Assembly (NCBI GenBank): GCA_964275345.1
Contig: CAXYBK010000002.1
Span: 6,684-70,683 of the forward strand
From: an uncultured SAR86 cluster bacterium
Lineage (GTDB): Bacteria > Pseudomonadota > Gammaproteobacteria > Magnimaribacterales > D2472
Reading direction: 5' to 3'
Length of the DNA stretch: 64,000 nucleotides
A program made the position numbers and the translations under genes. The notes below the pieces were generated by a model. It was not told the DNA's origin, did no database searches, and worked only from the letters and a program-made list of their open reading frames with translations. Numbering within the stretch: position 1 is the stretch's first letter; each line of letters starts with the position of its first letter. Shown here piece after piece: positions 11,051-21,016 of this stretch.

Positions 11051-12442
11051 ATGAAATATAGAATTGAAAAAGATAGCTTAGGCGAAGTTAAAGTACCTCA
11101 AAAAGCTTTATGGGGAGCCCAAACCCAAAGAGCATTAGATAATTTTACTATCAGTGGAATTAAGTTTGCTTTTCCTTTTGGCAGATCTTTTATTGAAGCT
11201 CTTGGGATTATCAAATTTTCTGCAGCTTCAGCTAATCAGAAATTAAAATTATTAACTGCAAAAAAAGCTGCACCAATAAAAGCAGCATCAAAAGATGTAA
11301 TTAAGGGTCTTTATGACGATTCATTCCCTTTAGATGTATTTCAAACCGGATCAGGAACCAGTACTAATATGAATGCTAATGAAGTGATTGCTAATGTAGC
11401 CTCTAAAGCTTCAAAAGTATCAATTAATGCAAATGATGATGTGAATATGAGTCAAAGCTCAAATGATGTTATCCCAACAGCAATATGTATTAGTGCATTA
11501 ATAGATATGCACAGACTCTTACTTCCTAATTTAGACATTTTAATTAAATCAATAGATACAAAAATGTTAAGCCTTAAAGGAGTAACAAAAACAGGCAGAA
11601 CTCATCTCATGGATGCCATGCCAATTGATTTCTCCCAAGAGCTATCTGGATGGAAAGCACAATTAGAGTCCTGTAAAGCAAATCTTATTAATTCAACCAA
11701 TCGGATGGATGAACTGCCTCAAGGCGGAACGGCGATTGGAACCGGAATCAATTGCCACAAAGACTTTTCAAAAAACTTTTGTATTGAAGTTAATAAAATA
11801 TCTAAACTAAAAACTAAGCCAGCCAAGAATTTTTTTCAAGGTTTAAGCTCTGTAGATAATGCAGTAGAACTTTCTTCTGCTTTGAAAAACCTAAGCATAG
11901 TCTTAATGAAAATTTCTAATGATTTAAGGTGGATGAATAGTGGCCCTTTAACTGGTCTTGGAGAGATAGAGTTAGAGGCGCTTCAGCCTGGAAGCAGCAT
12001 AATGCCTGGAAAGGTTAATCCTGTTATTCCTGAAGCTGTTGCTATGGTATGTGCAGATGTTATTGGAAATGACACTAGCATCACTGTTGCAGGACAAAGT
12101 GGTAATTTTCAGTTAAATGTCATGCTGCCAGTAGTTGCTTACAATCTTTTGAAAAGTATTAATTTACTTGGAAATGCTATGCCTTTACTTGCAAACAAGG
12201 CGATCAAAACTTTTAAAGTTAATTCAAAAAATATAGATGAGTCCCTATCTAAAAATCCAATATTGGTCACAGCTTTAAATAGAATTATTGGTTATAGCAA
12301 AGCTGCAGCAATTGCTAAAAAAGCTTATAAAGAAAATAAATCGGTCATTGATGTTGCTCATGAAGAAACTGGAATGAGTAAAGCTGAACTGAAGAAACTG
12401 CTTAACCCTTCTAAGCTTACCAAAGGTGGCATTAGTGGTTGA
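11051..12442 (+). CDS. fumC: Class II fumarate hydratase
   Basis: QTGSGTSTNMNANEV, GRTHLMDA, GSSIMPGKVNP. Confidence 0.93.
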   Translation: MKYRIEKDSLGEVKVPQKALWGAQTQRALDNFTISGIKFAFPFGRSFIEALGIIKFSAASANQKLKLLTAKKAAPIKAASKDVIKGLYDDSFPLDVFQTGSGTSTNMNANEVIANVASKASKVSINANDDVNMSQSSNDVIPTAICISALIDMHRLLLPNLDILIKSIDTKMLSLKGVTKTGRTHLMDAMPIDFSQELSGWKAQLESCKANLINSTNRMDELPQGGTAIGTGINCHKDFSKNFCIEVNKISKLKTKPAKNFFQGLSSVDNAVELSSALKNLSIVLMKISNDLRWMNSGPLTGLGEIELEALQPGSSIMPGKVNPVIPEAVAMVCADVIGNDTSITVAGQSGNFQLNVMLPVVAYNLLKSINLLGNAMPLLANKAIKTFKVNSKNIDESLSKNPILVTALNRIIGYSKAAAIAKKAYKENKSVIDVAHEETGMSKAELKKLLNPSKLTKGGISG

Positions 12443-12776
12443 TTTAGTGAGCCAGTCTTGTGAAGCTTGCCGAATTGATGCTCCAAGGTTGTCTGATGCA
12501 GAAATAAGCGAGTTATTAGTAGATATAGACGACTGGAATTTAATTTCAGAGCCGGTAAAACAATTAAAGAAAGTTTTTAGTTTTCCTGACTATCAGAGCA
12601 GTCTTACTTTTGTTAATGCAATTGCTGCGATGGCCGATAAAGAAGATCATCACCCTCTAATAACTCTAGAATGGGGAAAGGTAACCATATTATGGTGGTC
12701 CCATAAAATTGAAGGTTTGCATAAAAATGATTTTATCTGCGCCTCAAAAACAGAGAATATTTACAACAAAAGCTAG
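12426..12776 (+). CDS. phhB: Pterin-4-alpha-carbinolamine dehydratase
   Basis: CEAC, DHHP, WWSHKIEGLHKNDFICA; exact GTG start uncertain. Confidence 0.9.
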   Translation: MALVVDLVSQSCEACRIDAPRLSDAEISELLVDIDDWNLISEPVKQLKKVFSFPDYQSSLTFVNAIAAMADKEDHHPLITLEWGKVTILWWSHKIEGLHKNDFICASKTENIYNKS

Positions 12777-12831
12777 AGAAAATTTAGCTAAGCGACTTTT
12801 TTTTCTTTATAAACTTAAGTTATAATCTCTC

Positions 12832-14295
12832 ATGGACAAAGTAAAACAAAAAGCACTTACATTTGATGATGTACTTCTGGTGCCAAATTTCAGCGATTTC
12901 TTACCTAGCGAAGCATCACTAGATACCAAATTAACAAAAAATATTTCATTAAAGATTCCTTTAGTAGCTGCAGCTATGGATACAGTTACAGAATCACGTA
13001 TGGCAATAGCATTAGCTGAAGCTGGCGGTATTGGAATTATTCATAAGAATTCTTCTATTGAGGAGCAATGTGCAGAGGTAAAAGCTGTAAAAAAATATGA
13101 AAGTGGAGTTGTAAGAGATCCAGTAACTATTCAATCCACCCAGACCATTGCTGATTTGAAACAATTAACTCAAGAGTTAAAGATCTCTGGGATGCCTGTT
13201 GTTGATGATGGAGTACTTAAAGGTATTGTTACAGGTCGAGATTTCAAATACGCAGATGACATGGATGCATCAGTTTCTTCCATTATGACTGCAAAAGATA
13301 AGCTCATTACTGTTCAAGAAGGAACCGCTTTGGATGAAGTAAAAAAACTTATGTATACCAACAGGATAGAAAAGATTCTTGTTGTTGACTCTCCTGACAA
13401 TCTTACAGGGCTAGTAACAATGAAAGATATTGAGAAGTCCGCAGAGTATCCAGATGCAACCAAAGATCAACAAGGACAGTTGATGGTAGGCGCAGCAATT
13501 GGAACAGGTGCAGATACCCTTGAGAGAGCTGCAGAGTTGGTTAAAGCAGGGATTGACTTATTTGTTGTTGATAGCGCACATGGACATTCAAAAAATGTAA
13601 TTGATACCATCAAAATGATTAAACAAGAATTTAAAGGAATTGATGTTATTGGAGGCAATGTTGCAACAGCAGAGGGAGCTATTGCTTTAAGAGATGCTGG
13701 AGCAGATGGTGTAAAAGTTGGAATGGGCCCAGGCTCTATTTGCACAACAAGGATTATTGCAGGGATTGGTGTTCCGCAAATGACAGCTATTATGGATATT
13801 AAAGCCGCACTAAAAGATGATGAAATTTCAATTATTGCTGATGGAGGTATTCGTTTTTCTGGGGATATCTCTAAAGCTATTGGTGCAGGAGCAGATACAG
13901 TCATGTTAGGAAGTATTTTTGCTGGAACTGAAGAGGCTCCAGGTGAAGTTGAATTATTTCAGGGCAGAAGTTTTAAAACGTATAGAGGCATGGGGTCAAT
14001 TGGTGCTATGTCTGAAAGACAAGATGCAAATAGGTATTTTCAAGAAGATGTTGATGCCGAAAAATTAGTTCCTGAAGGAGTAGAGGGCAGAGTTCCCTAC
14101 AAGGGCTGGGTTAAGAATGTTATTGATCAATTAACCGGTGGTATTCGCCAAAGTATGGGCTACGTTGGCTGTAGAACCATTGTATTGATGCAAGATCAGA
14201 GCCAATTTATTGAAATTACGAATGCTGGCATGACTGAGAGTCATGTTCATGATGTCATGATCACTAAAGAATCACCTAATTACCAAAGAAGCTAA
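12832..14295 (+). CDS. guaB: IMP dehydrogenase
   Basis: [11 protein letters not shown] pair, [22 protein letters not shown]. Confidence 0.98.
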   Translation: MDKVKQKALTFDDVLLVPNFSDFLPSEASLDTKLTKNISLKIPLVAAAMDTVTESRMAIALAEAGGIGIIHKNSSIEEQCAEVKAVKKYESGVVRDPVTIQSTQTIADLKQLTQELKISGMPVVDDGVLKGIVTGRDFKYADDMDASVSSIMTAKDKLITVQEGTALDEVKKLMYTNRIEKILVVDSPDNLTGLVTMKDIEKSAEYPDATKDQQGQLMVGAAIGTGADTLERAAELVKAGIDLFVVDSAHGHSKNVIDTIKMIKQEFKGIDVIGGNVATAEGAIALRDAGADGVKVGMGPGSICTTRIIAGIGVPQMTAIMDIKAALKDDEISIIADGGIRFSGDISKAIGAGADTVMLGSIFAGTEEAPGEVELFQGRSFKTYRGMGSIGAMSERQDANRYFQEDVDAEKLVPEGVEGRVPYKGWVKNVIDQLTGGIRQSMGYVGCRTIVLMQDQSQFIEITNAGMTESHVHDVMITKESPNYQRS

Positions 14296-14313
14296 CCTTT
14301 AAATTATTTCTAT

Positions 14314-15888
14314 ATGGATGCTAAAGCAAAAATTTCGTTAGCAAACAAATCAATAGATACTATTTTAGTATTAGATTTTGGATCTCAATATACTCAACTT
14401 ATCGCAAGAAGAGTTAGAGAAAGTGATGTTTATTCTGAAATTCTTCCATGGGATATTGATGAAGACAAAATAAAAGCGCTTAAACCTAAAGGTATTATTC
14501 TGTCAGGTGGTCCAGAATCGGTGACTCAAAGTCATACCCCAAGAATACCGCAAATAGTTTTTGATCTAAACATACCTTTACTTGGAATATGTTACGGAAT
14601 GCAAACTCTTGCAGAGCAAATGGGTGGTCAAGTTATTTCCTCCGAACATAAAGAGTTTGGACATGCAGAAATTTCTATTAAAACAGATTGTGAGCTGTTT
14701 TCTGATTTAGATAAAACTCTCAATGTTTGGATGAGTCACGGAGATCAGGTTCAAGATATACCAGATGATTTCACCTTAGTAGCATCGACAGCATCAGCCC
14801 CTATAGCTGCTATGCAACATGATTCTAAGCCTATTTTTGCATTACAGTTCCATCCAGAAGTAACCCATACAGAGTCTGGAAAAGTGATTTTAGAAAACTT
14901 TATCTTTAAAGTTTGTAACGCTCGCAACGACTGGAAGATGGATGACCTTATTAGCCAAAGAATTGAAGAGATAAAACAACAAGTTGGTGACAATAAAGTC
15001 TTATTAGGTTTATCTGGCGGGGTGGATTCATCAGTTACCGCAGCTTTATTACATCAAGCTATCGGAAAGAAGTTGGTATGTGTCTTTGTTGATAATGGTT
15101 TGTTAAGAAAAGGTGAGGCAGTTGAAGTCATGCAAACCTTTAAAGAGAATATGAACCTTAATGTTATTAAGTCTGACAGCGAAGAAGCTTTTTTACGTCA
15201 CTTAAAAGGCGTTGAAGATCCTGAGCAGAAGCGCAAGATTATTGGAAGAACCTTTATTGATGTCTTTGATGCTGAGGCTATAAAAATTAAAGACGTACAT
15301 TTCTTAGCACAAGGAACTATCTATCCTGATGTTATAGAATCATCTGGATCTGAATCAAAAGAAGCAAGGGTTATTAAATCTCATCATAATGTTGGTGGAC
15401 TCCCTGAAGAAATGAAAATGGATTTAGTTGAACCTCTTAGAGATCTTTTTAAAGATGAGGTCAGAAGAATGGGAGTTGAGTTAGGGTTATCTCCTGAGAT
15501 GCTTTATCGCCATCCTTTTCCTGGTCCAGGATTGGGTGTCAGAATACTCGGTGAGGTAACAAAACAAAAAACAGCTATCCTTCAAGAAGCAGATCATATT
15601 TTCATACAAGAACTTATTAAAGCTGATTTATATGACAAAGTTAGCCAAGCTTTCGCAGTCTTCCTCCCTATTAAATCTGTTGGCGTAGTAGGGGATGAAA
15701 GAAGATATGCTGAAGTAATTGCCTTAAGAGCAGTAGAGACCATTGATTTTATGACAGCCAGATGGGCCCATCTCCCATATGAGTTTTTAGAACATGTTTC
15801 AAACAGAATTGTTAATGAAATTGAGGATGTAAGTAGGGTGGTTTACGATATTTCTAGCAAACCACCAGCCACTATTGAGTGGGAGTAA
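14314..15888 (+). CDS. guaA: GMP synthase (glutamine-hydrolysing)
   Basis: [44 protein letters not shown]. Confidence 0.98.
   Translation: MDAKAKISLANKSIDTILVLDFGSQYTQLIARRVRESDVYSEILPWDIDEDKIKALKPKGIILSGGPESVTQSHTPRIPQIVFDLNIPLLGICYGMQTLAEQMGGQVISSEHKEFGHAEISIKTDCELFSDLDKTLNVWMSHGDQVQDIPDDFTLVASTASAPIAAMQHDSKPIFALQFHPEVTHTESGKVILENFIFKVCNARNDWKMDDLISQRIEEIKQQVGDNKVLLGLSGGVDSSVTAALLHQAIGKKLVCVFVDNGLLRKGEAVEVMQTFKENMNLNVIKSDSEEAFLRHLKGVEDPEQKRKIIGRTFIDVFDAEAIKIKDVHFLAQGTIYPDVIESSGSESKEARVIKSHHNVGGLPEEMKMDLVEPLRDLFKDEVRRMGVELGLSPEMLYRHPFPGPGLGVRILGEVTKQKTAILQEADHIFIQELIKADLYDKVSQAFAVFLPIKSVGVVGDERRYAEVIALRAVETIDFMTARWAHLPYEFLEHVSNRIVNEIEDVSRVVYDISSKPPATIEWE
15866..15888 (+). repeat. attL-like site (guaA 3' end, GAGTGGGA core)
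   Basis: Last codons of guaA; repeated at 17550-17567 and 21017-21039. Confidence 0.85.
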
Positions 15889-16029
15889 AAAAAGTCAATA
15901 AAATCAATAACGTAAAGAGATAAAAAATGATTGAGATAATTGCAGGCACTGCTTTATTTATTTAGTGCAACTTTTGCTTCCTATGGGCCTCAAGACAGGA
16001 AGTGAGCAAGCAAAAAAGGACAGCATTAG

Positions 16030-17223
16030 ATGAAAATAGTATTTAAATGGATCGGTATTACGAGCATTGCACTGGCAATAGTTGCTGGAATCGGGTGGTC
16101 GGCGATTGGCCCTGATTGGCGTGCGCTTATTGCTGGCGCACTACAAAACAATAACCTTTTGCTTTGGGAGCAAAGTCAGCGTGAAGTTGCTTTTAAAATG
16201 ATGGATGAAGTCCCTTGGATGGTGAAATCAAGAGAGATCAAACCAAGTACATCGGTGAGAGAGTTACCCAATGGCGAGCCATTAGAATTTGCTACTGACA
16301 TGGATGAGTTTTTTGCAACACAACATCTTGCCGGTGCGCTAATTTTGCACAACGGAGAAGTTCGCTATGAACGATATGGCCTTGGACTTTCGCCAGAAAA
16401 ACGTTGGACAAGCTTTTCTGTCGCCAAATCATTTGCGTCTAGCCTAGTCGGTATTGCTGTTAAAGAAGGCTATATCAAGAGTCTAGATGACAGTGTTTCA
16501 GACTACATTAAAGGCATGAAAGGGTCTGCCTATGACAACGTCACCATTGCACAGCTACTGACCATGACATCAGGTGTGCAGTGGAATGAAGACTATGGTG
16601 ATCCACAATCTGATGTCGCTAAATTTAGTACTCATGTTGGTAATGATGGTCTGCCCAGCATCGTTAGTTACATGCGAAAACTGCCTAGAGCCTACCCTGC
16701 TGGAGAGCAGTGGCAGTACTCCACTGGGGAAACAAACCTTATTGGGGCTTTAGTGAGTGAAGCAACGGGGAGCACTCTGTCGCACTACTTAACTGAGAAG
16801 ATCTGGAAGCCCTTTGGAATGGAAAGCCAAGCAAGTTGGCTGTTAAGTCCGGATGGCGAAGAGATGTCGGGTTGCTGCATACAGGCAAGCTTGCGTGATT
16901 TTGCTCGCTACGGTCTTTTTGTATTGGAAGATGGCAAGATAAATGGTGCTTCTATTTTGCCTGAAGGTTGGTTTGCAGCGGCTACCACCGAACAGGCAAA
17001 TATTGGCTATCCGGGCGTTGGTTATGGCTACCAATGGTGGACGTTTGCGGATGGCAGCTTTACCGCGCAAGGTATTTTTGGGCAAACGATCTTTATAGAT
17101 CGTAAAAGGCAGCTGGTAGTTGCCTTTAATGCTAATTGGCCTAACGCTGCGGAATCAGAGCTTGATAAGCAGAGATTTGAATTCATTGAGTCTGTTCGGA
17201 ACAGTATTGATCAAGAAAACTAA
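16030..17223 (+). CDS. Serine hydrolase, beta-lactamase/6-aminohexanoate-dimer hydrolase-like, with N-terminal membrane anchor
   Basis: SFSVAKS (SxxK), LLTMTSG, WQYSTGETN, YGYQWW, AQGIFGQ. Confidence 0.88.
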   Translation: MKIVFKWIGITSIALAIVAGIGWSAIGPDWRALIAGALQNNNLLLWEQSQREVAFKMMDEVPWMVKSREIKPSTSVRELPNGEPLEFATDMDEFFATQHLAGALILHNGEVRYERYGLGLSPEKRWTSFSVAKSFASSLVGIAVKEGYIKSLDDSVSDYIKGMKGSAYDNVTIAQLLTMTSGVQWNEDYGDPQSDVAKFSTHVGNDGLPSIVSYMRKLPRAYPAGEQWQYSTGETNLIGALVSEATGSTLSHYLTEKIWKPFGMESQASWLLSPDGEEMSGCCIQASLRDFARYGLFVLEDGKINGASILPEGWFAAATTEQANIGYPGVGYGYQWWTFADGSFTAQGIFGQTIFIDRKRQLVVAFNANWPNAAESELDKQRFEFIESVRNSIDQEN

Positions 17224-17391
17224 CCCTCTAAACCAATTAAATAGTGCGGAGTATCATAACGGTGCCGTCCCTTTACTTTACTAACAAAAGCAAACAAGCA
17301 TTGAGAACTAATACACATAGACTATTGCGTAAAGCAGAAGCAAACATCAACGCAATAGTAGAGAAGGGTATGTCTGGAGTTAAGCATTAAG

Positions 17392-17666
17392 GTTACAATG
17401 TTTGTAACTCAGCATCTGCTAAAGTGTTGATATTACAAGGGTTTTGAGAAGTTATGAAAGTAAGAAAAATAGGCAAGAGTTACAAAGTAGTTACAAACTA
17501 CAGAATGCCCCTTGTAAACCATTGTTCTTACAAGGCTTTTTCTAACCCTACTAACGAGTGGGAGTAATAACACGCCCTACAACCCCGATTCTTACGCTAT
17601 TTCCTATGTTGTAAAGTTGTTGTAAAGACGCATTCCTTCGTCTTTGTTGTAAATATTGTTGTAAAG
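17392..17666. repeat. attP-like junction: att core flanked by arm-type repeats and an IHF box
   Basis: Core GAGTGGGAGTAA 17556-17567; AGTTACAAA x2 (17478, 17489); TGTTGTAAA x4 (17607, 17618, 17645, 17657); inverted repeats 17392-17408 and 17510-17535; WATCAANNNNTTR match on the minus strand 17420-17432. Confidence 0.75.
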
Positions 17667-17723
17667 TTCTGCTACTATTACACTTCATAAGTGTATCAAG
17701 TATGTAATACAACTTAGTTGAAA

Positions 17724-18584
17724 ATGAGCAAAGCCCCGATGACAAATATTTCAATAAAAAGCCTACTTCTCAGATTTAGATGGCGAATACTGCTTACATT
17801 CGTTTTGGTGACGCTGGAGGCACTGACTGGAATTCTTTTCCCGCTTCTAATTGGAATCGCAATCGATGGTCTTTTGGAAGACAGCTTCGATGGGATACTC
17901 TGTCTATCTATCGCTGGAGTGGCAGCACTAATAGTAGGAAGTGCAAGACGATTCTACGACACCCGAATCTACTCTGGAATTTACTGCAGAATTACTCCCG
18001 AGATGATCGAAAATGAAACAAACAAAGACGCATCGGTTTCCAGAATATCAGCCCGGACGGGCCTTCTAACTGAATTTGTGGAATTTCTTGAAAATTCGAT
18101 GCCTGAAATGATAACTGCAATTATTTCTGTCGTCGGTATTCTTGCCATCATCGCTACTTTGAATATCAATGTCTTTTTTGCTTGCCTTTCACTACTAGGC
18201 CTCATTGTTCTTATCTATACCATAACTGGAAAATTCAACTATAAGCTCAATGCAAACTACAATAATCAACTTGAGAAACAAGTAGACGTCTTAACCGCAA
18301 GAGATTCCATTGCTATCAAAAGTTTTTATCAGGAGTTAATGAGATGGAATATAAAGCTGTCTGACCTTGAGACTATGAATTACTTTGTAATATGGGTGGG
18401 GGTTATTGCGGTGTTTATCTATACGCCTATAACGGTAATTGGTGCAGGGGTATTGAGTTACGGTCTCGTATTCTCGATCATAATGTATGTTTTCGATTTC
18501 ACCGGCAGTATTGTCAGCTTCCCTCTTTTCATTCAACAAGCAATTCGATTGAAAGAAATATCTGCTAGATTGGCTAAACCCTGA
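17724..18584 (+). CDS. Stand-alone ABC transporter six-transmembrane domain protein
   Basis: LFPLLIGIAIDGLL, ARRFYDTRIY, EFVEFLE..MP, IKLSDLE; several hydrophobic helices; start could be 17718, 17724 or 17739. Confidence 0.75.
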   Translation: MSKAPMTNISIKSLLLRFRWRILLTFVLVTLEALTGILFPLLIGIAIDGLLEDSFDGILCLSIAGVAALIVGSARRFYDTRIYSGIYCRITPEMIENETNKDASVSRISARTGLLTEFVEFLENSMPEMITAIISVVGILAIIATLNINVFFACLSLLGLIVLIYTITGKFNYKLNANYNNQLEKQVDVLTARDSIAIKSFYQELMRWNIKLSDLETMNYFVIWVGVIAVFIYTPITVIGAGVLSYGLVFSIIMYVFDFTGSIVSFPLFIQQAIRLKEISARLAKP

Positions 18585-18671
18585 AATTCCGGCTCTGGCG
18601 GCAGCAGCTAAGTAGCGTTCAAGATATTCAGCGTACGTTATTAGTTTAGAATCAATAAAGGATAATCCTTT

Positions 18672-18713
18672 ACTTTCCAATATAGAAAATTACGACTTTC
18701 CATTATGGAAAGT
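18672..18713. promoter_or_regulatory. Tandem palindromic operator
   Basis: Perfect ACTTTCCA-TTA-TGGAAAGT (18695-18713) and imperfect ACTTTCCA-ATA-TAGAAAAT (18672-18690), 23 bp apart, upstream of the membrane protein/HTH operon. Confidence 0.65.
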
Positions 18714-18759
18714 AAATGTTATAGTTATTTCATTAATATAAATTTTACGGACAGAAGCT

Positions 18760-19243
18760 ATGAATAATGAAAAAGAAACTATAAGCAAAGAAGAGGCGGC
18801 AGCGATATTAAAATCAGTAGACTCAACTAAACGCGACGCTATTAAGTCATTCAGAATACCGCTATTACTAATAGCAGGAATAAGCAATAGTTACTCCCTT
18901 GTCGTTTTTAGCTGGGGGATGACAGAACATGAAAACATGTGGGCTTTGGGTATGTATATAGGTGCAGCGAGCTTTGGTATTTTTGTAGCTCTCTATTTAT
19001 ATACCTTCCATCTTTTGGGGATAAAGGTAAGTATTTTAGCTAGGACAAAAGAGAGGATAGTAAGTGAGCTTAGTATTAGCTGTTATCTTTGGGGTAATTC
19101 TTGTTGCAGGAAGACAAGTTCGATTGTTAGGGTTCGAATTCGCACCTCACATAGCCGCATTGATTGCAGGTGGTTATATGGCTTATCTGCTATATAAATA
19201 TCCTACTGGTGAGTACTTGCAGGGAATCAAACATAATGACTAA
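18760..19243 (+). CDS. Hypothetical multi-pass membrane protein, one-base frameshift near 19068
   Basis: After ...RIVSE the shifted frame reads LVLAVIFGVILVAGRQVRLLGFEFAPHIAALIAGGYMAYLLYKYPTGEYLQGIKHND* and ends at 19243, overlapping the next ATG. Confidence 0.7.
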
Positions 19244-19526
19244 GGCAACATTTGACACCGTCATCCATGCACCAAATCGCCTGCAAATATGTGCTTTATT
19301 GGACACTACAAAAGAGTTAGAGTTTCAGGTTATTAAAGAACAACTCGATGTAAGTGATTCAGTACTTTCGAAACATTTAAAGGTATTGGAAGATGTAAAT
19401 TACGTTCAATTAATTAAAAAGACAGAATTTACTCGCCAACGAACTTGGGTTTCATTAACGACTTTAGGAAGAACAGCTTTTAAGAATCACTTAAAAGAGC
19501 TCAAAAGTATTATTGGCACAATATAA
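19236..19526 (+). CDS. Winged helix-turn-helix transcriptional regulator (MarR/ArsR-like, HTH_34 type)
   Basis: FDTVIHAPNRLQICALL, LDVSDSVLSKHLKVLE, RTWVSLT..GR.AF; ATG at 19236. Confidence 0.88.
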   Translation: MTKATFDTVIHAPNRLQICALLDTTKELEFQVIKEQLDVSDSVLSKHLKVLEDVNYVQLIKKTEFTRQRTWVSLTTLGRTAFKNHLKELKSIIGTI

Positions 19527-19530
19527 ATTG

Positions 19531-19920
19531 ATGGAAAAAACAAGAAATCCAAGATTCACCGGTGTTCTAATATTTGCTGGCCTGTGGAATTTATGTCTTG
19601 CAACATGGGCGCTTTTTTTCACAGATATTTTCATACAAGTACTTGCTCTTGAAGCCGGTCCAGCACTGCCTCCTCTGGGTTGGACGATCGTAGGTATAAC
19701 TGGGATTATGTTTATTCTTTCTGGTCTAAATAATGCACGATTCAGATTCATAATTGCTATCGCAGTGCCAGGGAAAATCCTCGTCTTTCTAGGTTCAGCT
19801 AATGCCTTGCTGGCTGGACAGGCTGGTGTGGAGATTATGTTTATTGGGTTTGCCGACCTACTGTTTACAATACCTTTTATTATGTATCTGCGTGCAACGA
19901 GACAATTTGGTTGGTTTTAA
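19531..19920 (+). CDS. Hypothetical four-helix membrane protein
   Basis: Four hydrophobic segments; ATG 19531 follows the regulator stop. Confidence 0.7.
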   Translation: MEKTRNPRFTGVLIFAGLWNLCLATWALFFTDIFIQVLALEAGPALPPLGWTIVGITGIMFILSGLNNARFRFIIAIAVPGKILVFLGSANALLAGQAGVEIMFIGFADLLFTIPFIMYLRATRQFGWF

Positions 19921-19936
19921 TACAAAATATAAAACA

Positions 19937-20020
19937 ATGAAAAAATACTTTTCTAAAAAACAAATAATAATATCAATTATAGTTCTTCTTATATTTAACT
20001 TATTTATTATATTTTTATAA
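19937..20020 (+). CDS. Possible 27-aa single-TM peptide or truncated gene start
   Basis: MKKYFSKKQIIISIIVLLIFNLFIIFL* fills the gap and stops 2 nt before the next ATG; very AT-rich, could be chance. Confidence 0.35.
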   Translation: MKKYFSKKQIIISIIVLLIFNLFIIFL

Positions 20021-20022
20021 TT

Positions 20023-20997
20023 ATGAAACAAAGAAAATTTAAGCCTTTTGGAAATATAAGCTCACTCAGTTTAGGGGGAGGCGGAATAGGAAATGTTTGG
20101 GGTCAAACTACTAGATCTGAAAGAGTTTCTACTGTGAGTTTGGCGATTGAATCAGGAATCAACCATCTTGATATGGCTCCAATGTATGGCAAAGGAGAAG
20201 CAGAAAGAGTTGTTGGGGAAGTTTTTAAAGAGCTAGACCATTCAGCAATAAACCTGACAACTAAATGTAGACTTGGAACAGTTAAAGATTCTGAGGTTTA
20301 TACCAGATTGAACAATTCTCTTTGCAGAAGTTTGGAGACGATGGGAGTAGAAAAAGTTAATTTATTTCTTCTTCACTCCCAACTTATTGAGGATGACTAT
20401 CAACTACCTTTTTTTAATGAACACAGAGCTACAAATGCCACAACTCTTTCGTGTTATTACAATGCAGTAATTCCGGCTTTTGAAATGTTAAAAAAAGAAG
20501 GCAAGATTGATCACTGGGGCATTGGATTAGGGCAAGAGGAAGCTCTTATAAAAGCTATACATCACGAATATCCTCCTGAAGCTATGCAGTGTGCTGTAAA
20601 TATTTTAAATTCAATCGGCGCCATTGGATACATTAGTAAAAAATCTGATCCCAGTAGAGTTTTACTAGAATGTCAAAAAAAGGATATACCAATTTTAGCG
20701 ATTAGAGCTGTTCAAGCAGGGGCGCTTACCTCTGGTATGGACAGAGAGCCACATCCTTCAGGAATGGATAAGGCCGATTTTATAGATTTTGAAAGAGCCT
20801 TACCTTTTAGAAAGCTTGCTAATGAGTGGGGCGAATCCCCGGCATCTTTAGCCCACAGATTTGCTCTTAGTGTCGATAAGATTAGTTCTGTAATTCTTGG
20901 AGTTAAAAATAGACAAGAATTACAAGAATGTATTAATGCAGAGAGTAAGGGCAAACTTAGCTCTCATGAGATGGAAACTTTACTAAATATTTTTTAG
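20023..20997 (+). CDS. Aldo/keto reductase
   Basis: GINHLDMAPMYGKGEAE (Asp/Tyr), TTK, LFLLH, SVILGVKN..EL. Confidence 0.9.
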   Translation: MKQRKFKPFGNISSLSLGGGGIGNVWGQTTRSERVSTVSLAIESGINHLDMAPMYGKGEAERVVGEVFKELDHSAINLTTKCRLGTVKDSEVYTRLNNSLCRSLETMGVEKVNLFLLHSQLIEDDYQLPFFNEHRATNATTLSCYYNAVIPAFEMLKKEGKIDHWGIGLGQEEALIKAIHHEYPPEAMQCAVNILNSIGAIGYISKKSDPSRVLLECQKKDIPILAIRAVQAGALTSGMDREPHPSGMDKADFIDFERALPFRKLANEWGESPASLAHRFALSVDKISSVILGVKNRQELQECINAESKGKLSSHEMETLLNIF

Positions 20998-21016
20998 ACT
21001 GAAATGGTTGGTAAAT

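Noticed and set aside
13467-13904. Antisense and nested ORFs from the six-frame track (e.g. 13467-13904, 7885-8217, 30159-30479, 18336-18680, 54965-55228)
   Set aside because: They overlap well-supported genes and show no family motifs; typical shadow ORFs
15928-16006. Micro-ORF MIEIIAGTALFI* and CTTCCT/AGGAAG inverted repeat after guaA
   Set aside because: Too short and needs an assumed indel to extend; no supporting motif
16030-17223. Antibiotic-resistance beta-lactamase on an island
   Set aside because: Motif pattern fits family VIII esterase/amide hydrolase-like proteins (no KTG triad seen); resistance is not supported
17244-17390. Calling the small ORF an integrase fragment
   Set aside because: Only a lone Tyr; no HxxR or LGH motif, so identity is unsupported
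17392-17666. TTGTAA/TTACAA repeats as a CRISPR array
   Set aside because: Units are only 9-10 nt, in both orientations, with no regular unique spacers and no cas genes; better explained as att arm sites
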